A DNA stretch of 64,000 bases from Planctomycetota bacterium (GTDB lineage Bacteria > Planctomycetota > UBA8108 > SXIK01). Positions 18,874 through 28,697 of this stretch are shown here, piece by piece. A program made the translations under genes and the position numbers. How positions within the stretch are numbered: the stretch's first letter is position 1; each line of letters starts with the position of its first letter. The stretch lies in NCBI GenBank assembly GCA_965223265.1, contig OZ244999.1, forward strand, positions 8,192,001-8,256,000. Reading direction: 5' to 3'. The notes beneath the pieces were generated by a model, which was not told the DNA's origin, searched no databases, and worked only from the letters and a program-made list of their open reading frames with translations.

Positions 18874-20376
18874 ATGCTTGACCTCGACGCACAACTCCCA
18901 GTGCTGATCCTCCTTTGTCTCTTCGCGGGTGCGGTCGTGGTGCCGGCGATCGGTTTCGTGCGCCGCAGTATGGTGCACGGCACGGCCTTCGCTTTTCTTC
19001 TGTGCTATCTAGTCTTGGCCCTCCGCCTCTTCGTCAACGTGCTGGGCGGTGAAGCACTTAATTACGAGCTGGGTGGGTGGTCTCCCCCCATCGGTATCGA
19101 GCTTCGCGTCGACATGCTCAGTGCGCTGATGATCGTACTCCTCGCGGCCGTGAGCGTCGTCGTCTCCATTCATGCTCGGTTGAGTGTGCGCCACGAGCTC
19201 GGCGACAAGGAGACGCCGTTCTATTCCCTGCTTTTGATCATGCTCGTTGGCCTAAGCGGCATGGTTCTCACCGGTGATCTGTTCAATCTGTACGTTTTCT
19301 TCGAGGTGAGCTCGCTATCCGGTTACTCGCTGATGGCGATCGGGAGCCGCAAGGCGCCGGTGTCTGCGTATCGCTATCTGCTGGTCGGCACCGTCGGTGC
19401 GTCGTTCTACCTGATCGGTGTTTTCTATCTCTATGTGCTCACTGGCAGCCTGAACATGACCGATGTGTCGCAGCGCATCGGTCTCATGGCCAGCAACCCC
19501 GCGCTTCTCTTGTCCATCGTGTTCATGGTCGTCGGCGTCGGCCTCAAGATGGCGCTCTTTCCGATGCACCTTTGGCTGCCGGATGCCTACCACTACGCGT
19601 CGAGCACCGCGACCGCTGTGATCGCACCCGTGATGACGAAGGTGTCGGCGTACGTTCTCATCCGCATGCTTTTCTTCGTGTACGACAGCGATCTGGTGCG
19701 CGAAAGCGTGCCCGCAAGCCAGCTCCTGACGTGGCTCGGGGCTGCAGGCATCGTGGTCGGCTCGCTCATGGCGATCGCCCAAAAGGATGCGAAGCGAATG
19801 CTGGCGTACAGCTCGGTCGCGCAGGTTGCGTACATCGCCGTAGGCATCGGGCTCGGAGAGCGATACGCGCTCATCGGAGCGATGCTCCACATCGTCAACC
19901 ACGCGACGATGAAGAGCTGTCTGTTTTTGGTCACTGCCAACGTTTCGCTACGCGTCGGCAGCCATCGTATTGCGCGCTACAGCGGCCTGGGAAGGAAGAT
20001 GCCATGGACGTTTCTTGGCTTCACGGTCGCGGCGCTGGCCATGGTCGGCATCCCGCCGACGAACGGCTTCTTCAGCAAATGGTATCTCGTGCTCGGTGGC
20101 ATCCAGTCGGGTGCGTGGGTGGTCGTCGTGGTGGTGCTGGCGAGTGGTCTACTGACGGGTGTCTATTTCTTTCGGCTGCTGACGAGAGTGCTTACCGAGG
20201 CGGAGAAACCACTCTCCGGAGAGTCTGCTGCTGAGTACGAACACATCCGGGACGCGCCGTTCACTATGTGTTTGCCGGTCGTCGTCTTGGCAGCGGGGAT
20301 TTTGCTCTTGGGGCTTCTGAACGAGTGGATTGTCGTTGAAGTGCTGAACAGGGCCTTGCCGCCGGGGCTAGGTTGA
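18874..20376 (+). CDS. mrpD: Na+/H+ antiporter subunit D family (copy 1)
   Basis: GGWSPPIGIEL, TGDLFNLYVFFE, KMALFPMHLWLPDAY, GIPPTNGFFSKW. Confidence 0.88.
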   Translation: MLDLDAQLPVLILLCLFAGAVVVPAIGFVRRSMVHGTAFAFLLCYLVLALRLFVNVLGGEALNYELGGWSPPIGIELRVDMLSALMIVLLAAVSVVVSIHARLSVRHELGDKETPFYSLLLIMLVGLSGMVLTGDLFNLYVFFEVSSLSGYSLMAIGSRKAPVSAYRYLLVGTVGASFYLIGVFYLYVLTGSLNMTDVSQRIGLMASNPALLLSIVFMVVGVGLKMALFPMHLWLPDAYHYASSTATAVIAPVMTKVSAYVLIRMLFFVYDSDLVRESVPASQLLTWLGAAGIVVGSLMAIAQKDAKRMLAYSSVAQVAYIAVGIGLGERYALIGAMLHIVNHATMKSCLFLVTANVSLRVGSHRIARYSGLGRKMPWTFLGFTVAALAMVGIPPTNGFFSKWYLVLGGIQSGAWVVVVVVLASGLLTGVYFFRLLTRVLTEAEKPLSGESAAEYEHIRDAPFTMCLPVVVLAAGILLLGLLNEWIVVEVLNRALPPGLG

Positions 20377-20421
20377 TTCGAGCGAGAAGATGAGAACAGC
20401 GAACTCGGAAATCGAACTCAC

Positions 20422-21912
20422 ATGCCGACGATCGAATCTCTGACACCTGTCGCCGCCGTCTTGGTGTCGCTTGTAGCTGTCGTGCCGATCGTCGCTTGCG
20501 GTCGTTGGCGCAACGTGCGTGAGTTTTGGACGCTCGCGGCGGCGACCATCAAGCTGGTGCTCGTTCTTTCTATGCTGTCGCCAGTGCGTTCGGGGTCAGT
20601 GATCGTGTGCGAGCTCTGGCGCATATCTCCTGACATCAACTTGGCGCTGCGAGTCGACACGCTTGGCTATGTGTTCGCGCTTGTGGCGAGCCTTCTCTGG
20701 CTCGTTACGTCGTTCTATTCGATCGGCTACATGCGTGGTGCCCACGAGCACAAACAGACGCGCTACTTCGCGAGCTTCGCGATCGCGGTGTCGTCCACGA
20801 TCGGCATCGCCTTCGCAGCGAACTTGCTGACGTTTTTCGTCTTTTTTGAAATCCTGACACTGGCGACGTTTCCATTGGTGCTTCACAAGGAAACTCCCGC
20901 GGCTCGGGCTGCCGCGTACAAGTACCTGGCTTACACTCTGCCGGCGGGTCTTTGTCTGCTTCTGGCGACGGCGTGGTGCGTCGCCGCTGTCGGCGACGTC
21001 GATTTTCGACCCGGCGGTTTCCTCGGCGGCTCAGAACTCGGCCGCACCGAGCTGCAGCTGCTTTTCCTGCTGATGATTCTTGGAGTCGGAGTCAAAGCCG
21101 GCATTATGCCGCTGCATTCGTGGCTACCGTCGGCGATGGCGGCACCGACGCCAGTCTCCGCGCTACTCCATGCCGTCGCCGTCGTCAAAGCCGGCGTCTT
21201 CGGCGTTTTCCGCGTCACGGGATTTGTCTTCGGTCCGGAGCTCCTCGAGACCATCGGTGTTTGGAACGTTCTTGCCTGGGTCGCTGGTGTGACGCTCACG
21301 GTCGCCTCACTTCTTGCCATGCGGCAAGACAATCTGAAGCGACGCCTCGCCTACAGTACCGTGGGGCACCTGAGTTATATCGTCCTTGGCGCGGCGCTGC
21401 TGACGCCCTCTGCGTGGACCGGATCGGTTATGCATCTGATGTTCCACGCCACGATGAAGATCACTCTGTTCTTCTGTGCCGGAGCGGTCTACGTGCGCAC
21501 GCATATGGAGAACATCAGTCAAATGAACGGCATAGGCCGACAGATGCCCGTGACCATGGCGGCGTTCACGATTGGCAGCCTGGGACTCGCGGGTGTGCCC
21601 GGCGTGAACGGCTTCTTGAGCAAGTGGAACCTTGCGATCGGCGCGCTCGAAGCGGAGCGGGAGGTGTTTCTGTGGCTGCTTCTTCTCAGCGGTGTGCTCA
21701 ATGCGGCCTACTTCTTTCCGATTGTTCACGGCGCGTTTTTCAAGCGCAGCGAAGCATTTCCGCGCTTCGGAGAGGCGAGCCCGCTGATGGTGATTCCCCT
21801 CGTCCTCACGGCGCTCGCGTCGGTCGCGCTTGGAGTGTTTCCGAACCTTGGCGTCCACGCGTTCGACTTGGCGCAAGCGGTTTCGTTGTCCGTGATGGGA
21901 GGGTCGCCGTGA
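20422..21912 (+). CDS. mrpD: Monovalent cation/H+ antiporter subunit D/A family (copy 2)
   Basis: PLHSWLPSAMAAPTPVSALLHAVAVVKAG, LKRRLAYST, GVPGVNGFLSKW. Confidence 0.82.
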   Translation: MPTIESLTPVAAVLVSLVAVVPIVACGRWRNVREFWTLAAATIKLVLVLSMLSPVRSGSVIVCELWRISPDINLALRVDTLGYVFALVASLLWLVTSFYSIGYMRGAHEHKQTRYFASFAIAVSSTIGIAFAANLLTFFVFFEILTLATFPLVLHKETPAARAAAYKYLAYTLPAGLCLLLATAWCVAAVGDVDFRPGGFLGGSELGRTELQLLFLLMILGVGVKAGIMPLHSWLPSAMAAPTPVSALLHAVAVVKAGVFGVFRVTGFVFGPELLETIGVWNVLAWVAGVTLTVASLLAMRQDNLKRRLAYSTVGHLSYIVLGAALLTPSAWTGSVMHLMFHATMKITLFFCAGAVYVRTHMENISQMNGIGRQMPVTMAAFTIGSLGLAGVPGVNGFLSKWNLAIGALEAEREVFLWLLLLSGVLNAAYFFPIVHGAFFKRSEAFPRFGEASPLMVIPLVLTALASVALGVFPNLGVHAFDLAQAVSLSVMGGSP

Positions 21913-21925
21913 CCGGAGGGAGGCG

Positions 21926-22159
21926 ATGAAACTCAAAATGCCCGGAGGCATCGGCTGGGGATTGGCGATCGTGTGCGGCGGTATCGCGGTCGCATTGCCG
22001 TATCTTTTTCACGTCGAGCATCACCGCGGCTTTTGGGAGAGCATCCCAGGTTGGTGGGCACTCTTCGGTGCCGTCGGCTGCGCTGCGATCATCTTAGTGA
22101 GCAAGTGGCTCGGCGCGGCTCTTCTGCAGAAGCCCGAGGATTGGTATGACCGCGACTAG
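21926..22159 (+). CDS. Small two-TM membrane protein of the Mrp operon
   Basis: GGGAGG RBS; 77 aa, WESIPGWWALFGAVGC...LQKPEDWYD. Confidence 0.7.
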   Translation: MKLKMPGGIGWGLAIVCGGIAVALPYLFHVEHHRGFWESIPGWWALFGAVGCAAIILVSKWLGAALLQKPEDWYDRD

Positions 22160-24209
22160 AACGTTCGACCTGCGGCAGCGCCGCCGGCAACTGATGAGCC
22201 GTGGGTGGCACAGTGACCGAGCAGCGCTCGACTCGCGTTGTGGGGCGCTGAAAGTCGGCGCGCTCGTTGTCTTTGCATGCTTCGTGTTCTTGATCTCGTT
22301 TGGCATGCCCGTATCGGCTCAGCTCCCGGACGCTGGGGGCCTCGGCGAACCCGCTGCCCTCCCGGCCGCGGCTGCAGGCGCGGCGGCTAGTGATGTCGTC
22401 GACACCGCACACGGCGATTCAACTCGCGCGGAACTCTCGCGACCGCCGCTGCTCGACGCCGCGGGACGCTGGCCGCCGGCTCTATTCCTGCTGCTTGCCG
22501 GAGCTTTGGTGTGCGTGCTGCCGCGTTTTTTGCGCGCGGTCGTGTGCGTCGCCGCACCGGTGTTTTGCGTCTGGTATATCCTGACGCAGCTCGCCAGCGG
22601 CATGAGTATCACTTACCCGCTCATGTCGCAGTCGCTCGAAATCCTGCGCGTTGATCGACTCAGTATTCTTTTTGGGGTGATCTTTTCACTTGTCGCAGCG
22701 ATCGCGGGTGTCTTCGCGTGGCACATGAGCGAGCGACGTCAACAGAGCGCGGCGCTCCTTTATGCCGGCGGTGCGGTCGGTGTCACCTTCGCGGGCGATT
22801 ACCTGACGCTCTACGCTTTCTGGGAGCTCATGGCGATCGCGTCGACGGTGCTCATTTGGGCGCGGCGCGCTCCGGCGTCGGCGGCAGCTGGCCGACGTTA
22901 TGTGATCTTTCACCTTGTTGGCGGTTCGCTGTTGCTCGGCGGGATTCTACTCCTCGGGCAGCAAACCGGTTCCTTCGCGTTCGATCATCTGGACCCGCAC
23001 GCCGGCGGTTCGGCGGCGTGGTGGATTCTTCTCGGGGTTGCCGTCAACGCCGCCATTCCGCCGCTGGGGCCGTGGCTTCCCGATAGCTATCCTCGCGCGA
23101 CAACGACGGGCGCGATCTTCTGCTCAGCTCTGACGACGAAGACTGCGGTTTACGTTCTCATTCGTGGTTTTCACGGCTGGGAGATCTTGGTGGTCGCTGG
23201 GGTTGTGATGGCGCTCTACGGCGTTGTTTACGCTGTGCTGGCGAACGACATCCGTGAGCTTCTCGCGTATCACATCATCTCGCAGGTGGGGTACATGGTG
23301 GCCGGCGTCGGATTGGGGACGCAGCTGGCGGTGAACGGCGCAGCAGCGCACGCCGTTTGCCACATCCTCTACAAGTCAGTGCTCTTCATGGGCTGCGGGG
23401 CGGTGATCCACACGACCGGAAAGGAAAAGCTCACGGAACTCGGCGGCTTCGTCACGCGGCAGAAGCTTATCTTCGCGCTCTACATGATCGGCGCGTTCTC
23501 GATTTCCGGCTTTCCGCTTTTCAACGGCTTCATTTCGAAATCGATGGTCACCGCGGCGGCACACGAGGTTCACGTCGACTGGGCGTTTCTTCTCCTCATG
23601 TTGGCGTCCGTCGGGACGTTCTTGCACACAGGACTCAAGCTCCCGTATGGCATTTGGTTCGGTGACGACGCCGGCATTCATCCGCGCCCGGCGCCGTGGA
23701 ATATGGTGGCAGCTCTAGCCGTCGGTGGGTTTCTGTGCACGCTGCTCGGCGTCCAGCCGCATGTTCTCTACGCCTATTTGCCGTTTGAAGTTTACTGGGA
23801 ACCGTACACAACGGCGCACGTCGTCGAGATGGTGCAGCTTCTCCTCTTCACGTTTTTTGTATTTTATCTTTTCATTCCGAAGCTGCACGGACAGGCGACG
23901 CTGTCGATCGATACGGACGTCGTCTATCGCAAGCCTGCACCTCTGATAAGATTCTTGTTCGTCGAGTTGGTGGGACGGACGTTCGACGCGGCGCAATCGT
24001 GGGCAGTGGCGGCGGCGCGGCGCCTTGGTGCCATCGTCGAGAATCCGACCGGAAAACTGCCAGGTGCCTTGCCTCGCAGCGCCGGCGACGAGCCCGGATA
24101 CGACGAAGATCGCGACCGCCGGCCGTTGGGCGTGTCGTTGGCATTGACCTTGCTTGCGTTCGTTGTTTTGGCGTTGTGGACCATGCTCTCAGGCTGCGCT
24201 GGCGGTTAA
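22146..24209 (+). CDS. mrpD: Na+/H+ antiporter subunit D family (copy 3)
   Basis: AGDYLTLYAFWELMA, WLPDSYP, TTKTAVY, LLAYHIISQVGYM, GFPLFNGFISK. Start uncertain (ATG 22305 is possible). Confidence 0.82.
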   Translation: MTATRTFDLRQRRRQLMSRGWHSDRAALDSRCGALKVGALVVFACFVFLISFGMPVSAQLPDAGGLGEPAALPAAAAGAAASDVVDTAHGDSTRAELSRPPLLDAAGRWPPALFLLLAGALVCVLPRFLRAVVCVAAPVFCVWYILTQLASGMSITYPLMSQSLEILRVDRLSILFGVIFSLVAAIAGVFAWHMSERRQQSAALLYAGGAVGVTFAGDYLTLYAFWELMAIASTVLIWARRAPASAAAGRRYVIFHLVGGSLLLGGILLLGQQTGSFAFDHLDPHAGGSAAWWILLGVAVNAAIPPLGPWLPDSYPRATTTGAIFCSALTTKTAVYVLIRGFHGWEILVVAGVVMALYGVVYAVLANDIRELLAYHIISQVGYMVAGVGLGTQLAVNGAAAHAVCHILYKSVLFMGCGAVIHTTGKEKLTELGGFVTRQKLIFALYMIGAFSISGFPLFNGFISKSMVTAAAHEVHVDWAFLLLMLASVGTFLHTGLKLPYGIWFGDDAGIHPRPAPWNMVAALAVGGFLCTLLGVQPHVLYAYLPFEVYWEPYTTAHVVEMVQLLLFTFFVFYLFIPKLHGQATLSIDTDVVYRKPAPLIRFLFVELVGRTFDAAQSWAVAAARRLGAIVENPTGKLPGALPRSAGDEPGYDEDRDRRPLGVSLALTLLAFVVLALWTMLSGCAGG

Positions 24210-24369
24210 CAGCCTGTTGAAAAAGTGCTTCGAGCCGAAAACTGGTCTCTTCGCGTCCAGATCGGCTGCGGCAAACGGAGGCAATCTTCGGGATTTTCGA
24301 GTATTGACGCGGTCGAGCTGGGCGTGAAGAGGCCAGTTTCTTCGGCCGAATGACTTTTTCAACGGGCTG
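24210..24369. mobile_element. MITE-like element A (160 bp fold-back, TTAA flanks)
   Basis: Ends cagcctgttgaaaaag / ctttttcaacgggctg (16-bp inverted repeat, 1 mismatch); internal arms also complementary; TTAA at 24206-24209 and 24370-24373. Confidence 0.7.
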
Positions 24370-24373
24370 TTAA

Positions 24374-24571
24374 CCCGCATTTCTCACCAGAATCCGTAGC
24401 GAGGAGCCGTAAATCGTGTCGTGGCAAGGAAGACTTTGCGATTCGAACGGAGGCGTGCTTCCTGCACATTGAGGATCGAATCGTGAAGTCTGACGTAGTT
24501 GAGTCCGACCGAGGAGGGAGGACGAAAGCACGATTTACGGCCCGCAGTAGGAATCTGGTGAGAAATGCGGG
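24374..24571. mobile_element. MITE-like element B (198 bp, TTAA flanks)
   Basis: 22-bp TIR cccgcatttctcaccagaatcc / ggaatctggtgagaaatgcggg; TTAA on both sides; homologous copies at 35265-35824. Confidence 0.8.
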
Positions 24572-24624
24572 TTAAGATCTGTCGGGGATACCACGCTCGT
24601 TGGCCTTGGGTCGGAGATGAATGG

Positions 24625-25650
24625 ATGGCGCTACGACTGATCGAGCTGATCATCCCGGACGCTCGGCGCGCACAGGTGCGCGAAGCTCTGGACGACGTGT
24701 CGACGCTTGGGGTTTGGTCGCAGCCGCTCGACGACGACGAAGTCCGGCTGAGCGTCCTCGTCGAAACCACCAAGAGCGAGTCCGTGTTGGATCTTCTCGA
24801 GAGGCGTCTTGCATGGACGGAAGGGTTTCGCATCGTGTTGCTTCCGGTGGAGGGGACACTGCCTCGGCGCCCGGAGCCTGAGGGCGATGCGAAGGCGAAA
24901 GACGCAGGCGATGGAAAGTCGCCAGGACCGTCGTTGCCGCAGCGGATTAGTCGCACAGAGCTGCTCGACGATCTCGCCACCGGTGTCAAGACTTCGAAGG
25001 TCTACTTCGCTTTCGTGTTACTTTCGACAGTGGTCGCAGCGGTCGGTCTGATCCGTAGCGACACGGCGATCGTCATCGGTGCCATGGTCATCGCGCCGCT
25101 CTTGACACCGAACATGGCGCTGGCTCTTGCGACCACGCTCGGCGACTTGTCGCTCGCGCGCAAGGCGCTGACGACGACGTCACTTGGGGTGTTGACGGCG
25201 TTTGTCTTTTCGCTTCTGCTCGGTGTGCTCGTTCCGTTCGATCCAGCGATGGAAGCGATCCAGAGTCGTACGAGCGTGAGCCTCGCCGACATCGCTGTCG
25301 CGCTCGCTGCGGGCAGCGCCGGTGCGCTCGCGTTCACGTCAGGCGTTCCGGCTGGACTCGTCGGCGTCATGGTCGCGGTGGCTTTGTTGCCGCCGCTCGT
25401 TGTCACCGGGTTGCTTCTCGGCGCCGGCGACTACGGTACAGCGGTGGGGGCTTTGCTGCTCGTGACCACCAACGTCGTCTGCGTCAATCTGACCGGTGTG
25501 CTGACGTTTTGGGTGCAGGGGATTCGCCCCCGTACGTGGTGGGAAGCAGACAAAGCGCGCAAGGCGCGGAACATCGCGCTGGCGCTCTGGGGAACGCTAC
25601 TTGTCGCGCTAACCGTACTGGTGGCGGTGTCACAGAGTCGTGGAAGCTAG
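24625..25650 (+). CDS. TIGR00341/DUF389 family membrane protein
   Basis: RISRTEL, AIVIGAMVIAPLLTP, LVGVMVAVALLPP. ATG 24625 chosen because the longer ORF start lies inside MITE B. Confidence 0.88.
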   Translation: MALRLIELIIPDARRAQVREALDDVSTLGVWSQPLDDDEVRLSVLVETTKSESVLDLLERRLAWTEGFRIVLLPVEGTLPRRPEPEGDAKAKDAGDGKSPGPSLPQRISRTELLDDLATGVKTSKVYFAFVLLSTVVAAVGLIRSDTAIVIGAMVIAPLLTPNMALALATTLGDLSLARKALTTTSLGVLTAFVFSLLLGVLVPFDPAMEAIQSRTSVSLADIAVALAAGSAGALAFTSGVPAGLVGVMVAVALLPPLVVTGLLLGAGDYGTAVGALLLVTTNVVCVNLTGVLTFWVQGIRPRTWWEADKARKARNIALALWGTLLVALTVLVAVSQSRGS

Positions 25651-25976
25651 TTCACTTTGTGGTCGTGCAGCGACGATCGGTCGGCGGTGCGAACGTGCTC
25701 TCGGTCGCGACAGGGCAGAGCGGGGCCGTAGCTTGCGCTTGACACCGCGACTCAACTGGATTAACTTTTGGAAAATGACGTTTCGCGATACTCTGTCCAC
25801 TCGAGGATCATGGGGTGCTGCGAATTCATGGCGGCGCGACACCTTTTCCGCCGGAATCCCGACGGGCGGAGCCGGAGGGGACGTGCAAAGCCGGTCAGGG
25901 GGCTTGGATGTTGTCACCTCACTTGCGCCTGTGTTCCGTGGCACGGCCGAAGAATAGCTGGATTGCTCGCGATGCG

Positions 25977-28658
25977 ATGTGCTGCGACGCATCGTGCGCA
26001 CGGCGATCGCGTGCTGGGCTGCGACAAACCGGACGCTGTTTTCGTGCTGCCGCGGTCGTGTTGGTGGCGGGGATGACGGCGTCGCTCGCCGTGGATTGCC
26101 CCGACGGTCGGGACGTCTCAGCCCTGGCGGCGCTGGCGAGTGGGGATGCCGATTGCAACGGCAACGGCATCCCCGACGCGTGCGACATCACACCGGTGGT
26201 GACGTTTGATGATGACCCGGTCGAGCCGCTCGGGTTTGAACCATCGTGGCTCGAGGCGGCCGACTTCGACGCTGACGGCGACGTCGACTACGCCGCGGTG
26301 GACGCCGCGAGTGCGCGGCTTGTGGTGCTGAAGATGAAGGATGGCGCTGTCGCCGATCGCACGAGCTTGGCCGTCGCGCGGCGCACTTCGCAGGCGCGCA
26401 TCGGAGACGTCAACGGTGATGGACACCTCGACATCGTCGTAGGCGGTGGACAGTTCTTTGTCGATGGATCGACGAATTCTTTCTCGGTGTTCTTTGGCGA
26501 TGGCGGGGGCGGCTTTGCAGCGACGACACGGCTGTTCAGCGAGAATTCCGGTGTTGTCGCGTTCGAGCTTGCTGACGTCGACGCCGACGGTCGCGACGAC
26601 CTCATCTTCTCGGGCTTTCGGGTGCGTGAGGTCGGAATCTCGCGCGGCCGCGCCGACGACTTGTTCGCGCCGATCCAAAACGTGGAGACGTCAACGACCG
26701 CGAGAGCGATTGCGCCGGCGGACTTTGACGCGGACGGCCACGTCGACATCGCGCTCGCCGTGCTGTCGCGCAATGTGCCGGGCGAAGACGCTGCGGCGAT
26801 CGAGATTCTCTGGGGGAGTACGGAAGGCACGTTCGAGAGCAGCGAGGTGCTACTCGAAGCGCGGAACGTCCTCGACATCGCTGCTGGAGACGTGGACGGC
26901 GACGGCCGCATCGACCTTGTCGCCGACACCGACGTCGACCGCTTCTATGCGCTCAAGGTGGTAAAGAACAACGGCGCGCGGCAGTTTCGCTTGGCGGAGT
27001 CCCGGTTCCACACGATCAAAGCTCTGCGTCTCGAGGCCCTGCAGCTGCAGCCGCGAGGAAAGTTGGACGTGCTGATGATGACGATGGATCGCCAACTGGG
27101 ACATTATACGTTCGACGACGCTGGTCAGCTCGTCGAGCGGGCCACGGTGGGAGCCGCGCGAGTTTATGGCGCTGCCGCGTTCGCCGACGTCGACGGTGAC
27201 GGCGACGATGATCTCGCCTTCACGCACGCGGGGGGACTGTCACATTTCCGCAACCTGAACGGTCGGCTCCGCGCCCGGCAGCAGGACTACTTCTACGGCA
27301 ATCGCGCCCTTCCCGGACCTATCGTCACGGGTGATTTTGACGGCGACGGTCACGTTGACTTTGCGACGTCACAGAACGGCGGCGATTCCGTCGAGTTCTA
27401 CTGGAACGACGGCACCGGGGTGTTCGACCGCACGGCCGTGCGGGTGGGGCGAAACCCTTTCTCACTTTCTGGAGCCGATTTCGACGGCGATGGGCGTGTC
27501 GATCTCGCGTGCGAGGTGAGCCCTGAACCTGAGCACCGACCGTATGAAACTATCGTGGTCATCACAATCGGTCCTGGCCGTTTGCCGACTGTCACCGAAG
27601 TATTTGCCGCGCCAACTCGCCAAGCGCTTCTCGATCTAGCAACAGGCGATTTCAACGGCGACAATTTACCTGACCTAGCACTGACCGCGGTCGGTGATCC
27701 GAATATCAGGATTCTGTCGAACGAGGGCTCTCTTCGCTTCGCTGTATCCTTCGAAGACGCGACACCCCACACGCCCGCTCACATCTCCACTGAAGATTTT
27801 GATGGCGATGGTAATCCGGATTGCATAGTCCTCGGACGCGCGCGGAGCGAGCTACTAGTCTACAAGAACGTCGGCGGGAGTTTTGACGCGCGTGAAGAGA
27901 TTCGTTTCGAGCCTGAGATGCAGGCTTCTCGATTCGATTTCAGGGATCTTACGGGGGACGGTGTTCGGGAGGTGTCGTTTTCAAATGGGACCCCGGGACG
28001 CCTGTGGATGTTCCGACAGTCGGCTTCCGGTCACATATTGACTCAGGAGTTGGCGGGTTTTTCCGTGGCCTCGTCGGCACCGGTCGCCGCGCTTCAGGGG
28101 TTTGGTGCCGATCTCTTCGTGGCAACTTTTCAAGGCCTATATGTTCTGGTCAACGAAGGATCTGCCCGTTTCTCACGTCGAGTACCGCTGTCGAACGAAA
28201 ACTCTTGGTTCGTGGAAAGCGAAGACTTCAACGGCGATCGGGTACCGGATCTTGTATTCGCGGCACTCGCGGGAGTAGACAGCGCTTACGTTCGTCTACT
28301 GAAGGATGTCGATCTTAGTTTGGTGAGCCGGGACACGGATGGGAATGGTATTCCTGACGAGTGCCAAAGCGACCTAGAGCTCTTCGTGCGCGGTGACGTC
28401 AACGCGAACCTAGAGATTGAGTTTGTCGACGCGATGCAACTCCTCGATCACCTTTTTGACGGACGCCCGGCGGTACCGTGCCGCGGTGCCGCTGACGCCA
28501 ACGACGATGGCCGGATCAACCTTAGCGATGGTGTTCTACTCTTGACGCACCTCTTTCGAGGTGGCGTTCTGCGTCCACCGCACGGCTCCTGCGGTTTCGA
28601 CCCGACCGCGGATGGGAGCGCGCTTGGCTGCGACTTCCCAGGGTGCGCGCCGGAGTGA
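25977..28658 (+). CDS. Secreted FG-GAP/VCBS repeat protein with C-terminal dockerin-like domain
   Basis: More than ten DFDGDGxxD-type repeats, DCNGNGIPDAC motif, C-terminal FVRGDVN...DANDDGRINLSD. Start uncertain (ORF open from 25815). Confidence 0.85.
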   Translation: MCCDASCARRSRAGLRQTGRCFRAAAVVLVAGMTASLAVDCPDGRDVSALAALASGDADCNGNGIPDACDITPVVTFDDDPVEPLGFEPSWLEAADFDADGDVDYAAVDAASARLVVLKMKDGAVADRTSLAVARRTSQARIGDVNGDGHLDIVVGGGQFFVDGSTNSFSVFFGDGGGGFAATTRLFSENSGVVAFELADVDADGRDDLIFSGFRVREVGISRGRADDLFAPIQNVETSTTARAIAPADFDADGHVDIALAVLSRNVPGEDAAAIEILWGSTEGTFESSEVLLEARNVLDIAAGDVDGDGRIDLVADTDVDRFYALKVVKNNGARQFRLAESRFHTIKALRLEALQLQPRGKLDVLMMTMDRQLGHYTFDDAGQLVERATVGAARVYGAAAFADVDGDGDDDLAFTHAGGLSHFRNLNGRLRARQQDYFYGNRALPGPIVTGDFDGDGHVDFATSQNGGDSVEFYWNDGTGVFDRTAVRVGRNPFSLSGADFDGDGRVDLACEVSPEPEHRPYETIVVITIGPGRLPTVTEVFAAPTRQALLDLATGDFNGDNLPDLALTAVGDPNIRILSNEGSLRFAVSFEDATPHTPAHISTEDFDGDGNPDCIVLGRARSELLVYKNVGGSFDAREEIRFEPEMQASRFDFRDLTGDGVREVSFSNGTPGRLWMFRQSASGHILTQELAGFSVASSAPVAALQGFGADLFVATFQGLYVLVNEGSARFSRRVPLSNENSWFVESEDFNGDRVPDLVFAALAGVDSAYVRLLKDVDLSLVSRDTDGNGIPDECQSDLELFVRGDVNANLEIEFVDAMQLLDHLFDGRPAVPCRGAADANDDGRINLSDGVLLLTHLFRGGVLRPPHGSCGFDPTADGSALGCDFPGCAPE

Positions 28659-28697
28659 GGTTGCGCGGTCTTCGGGGTTGTTTCGTTTGGGTTCTGA

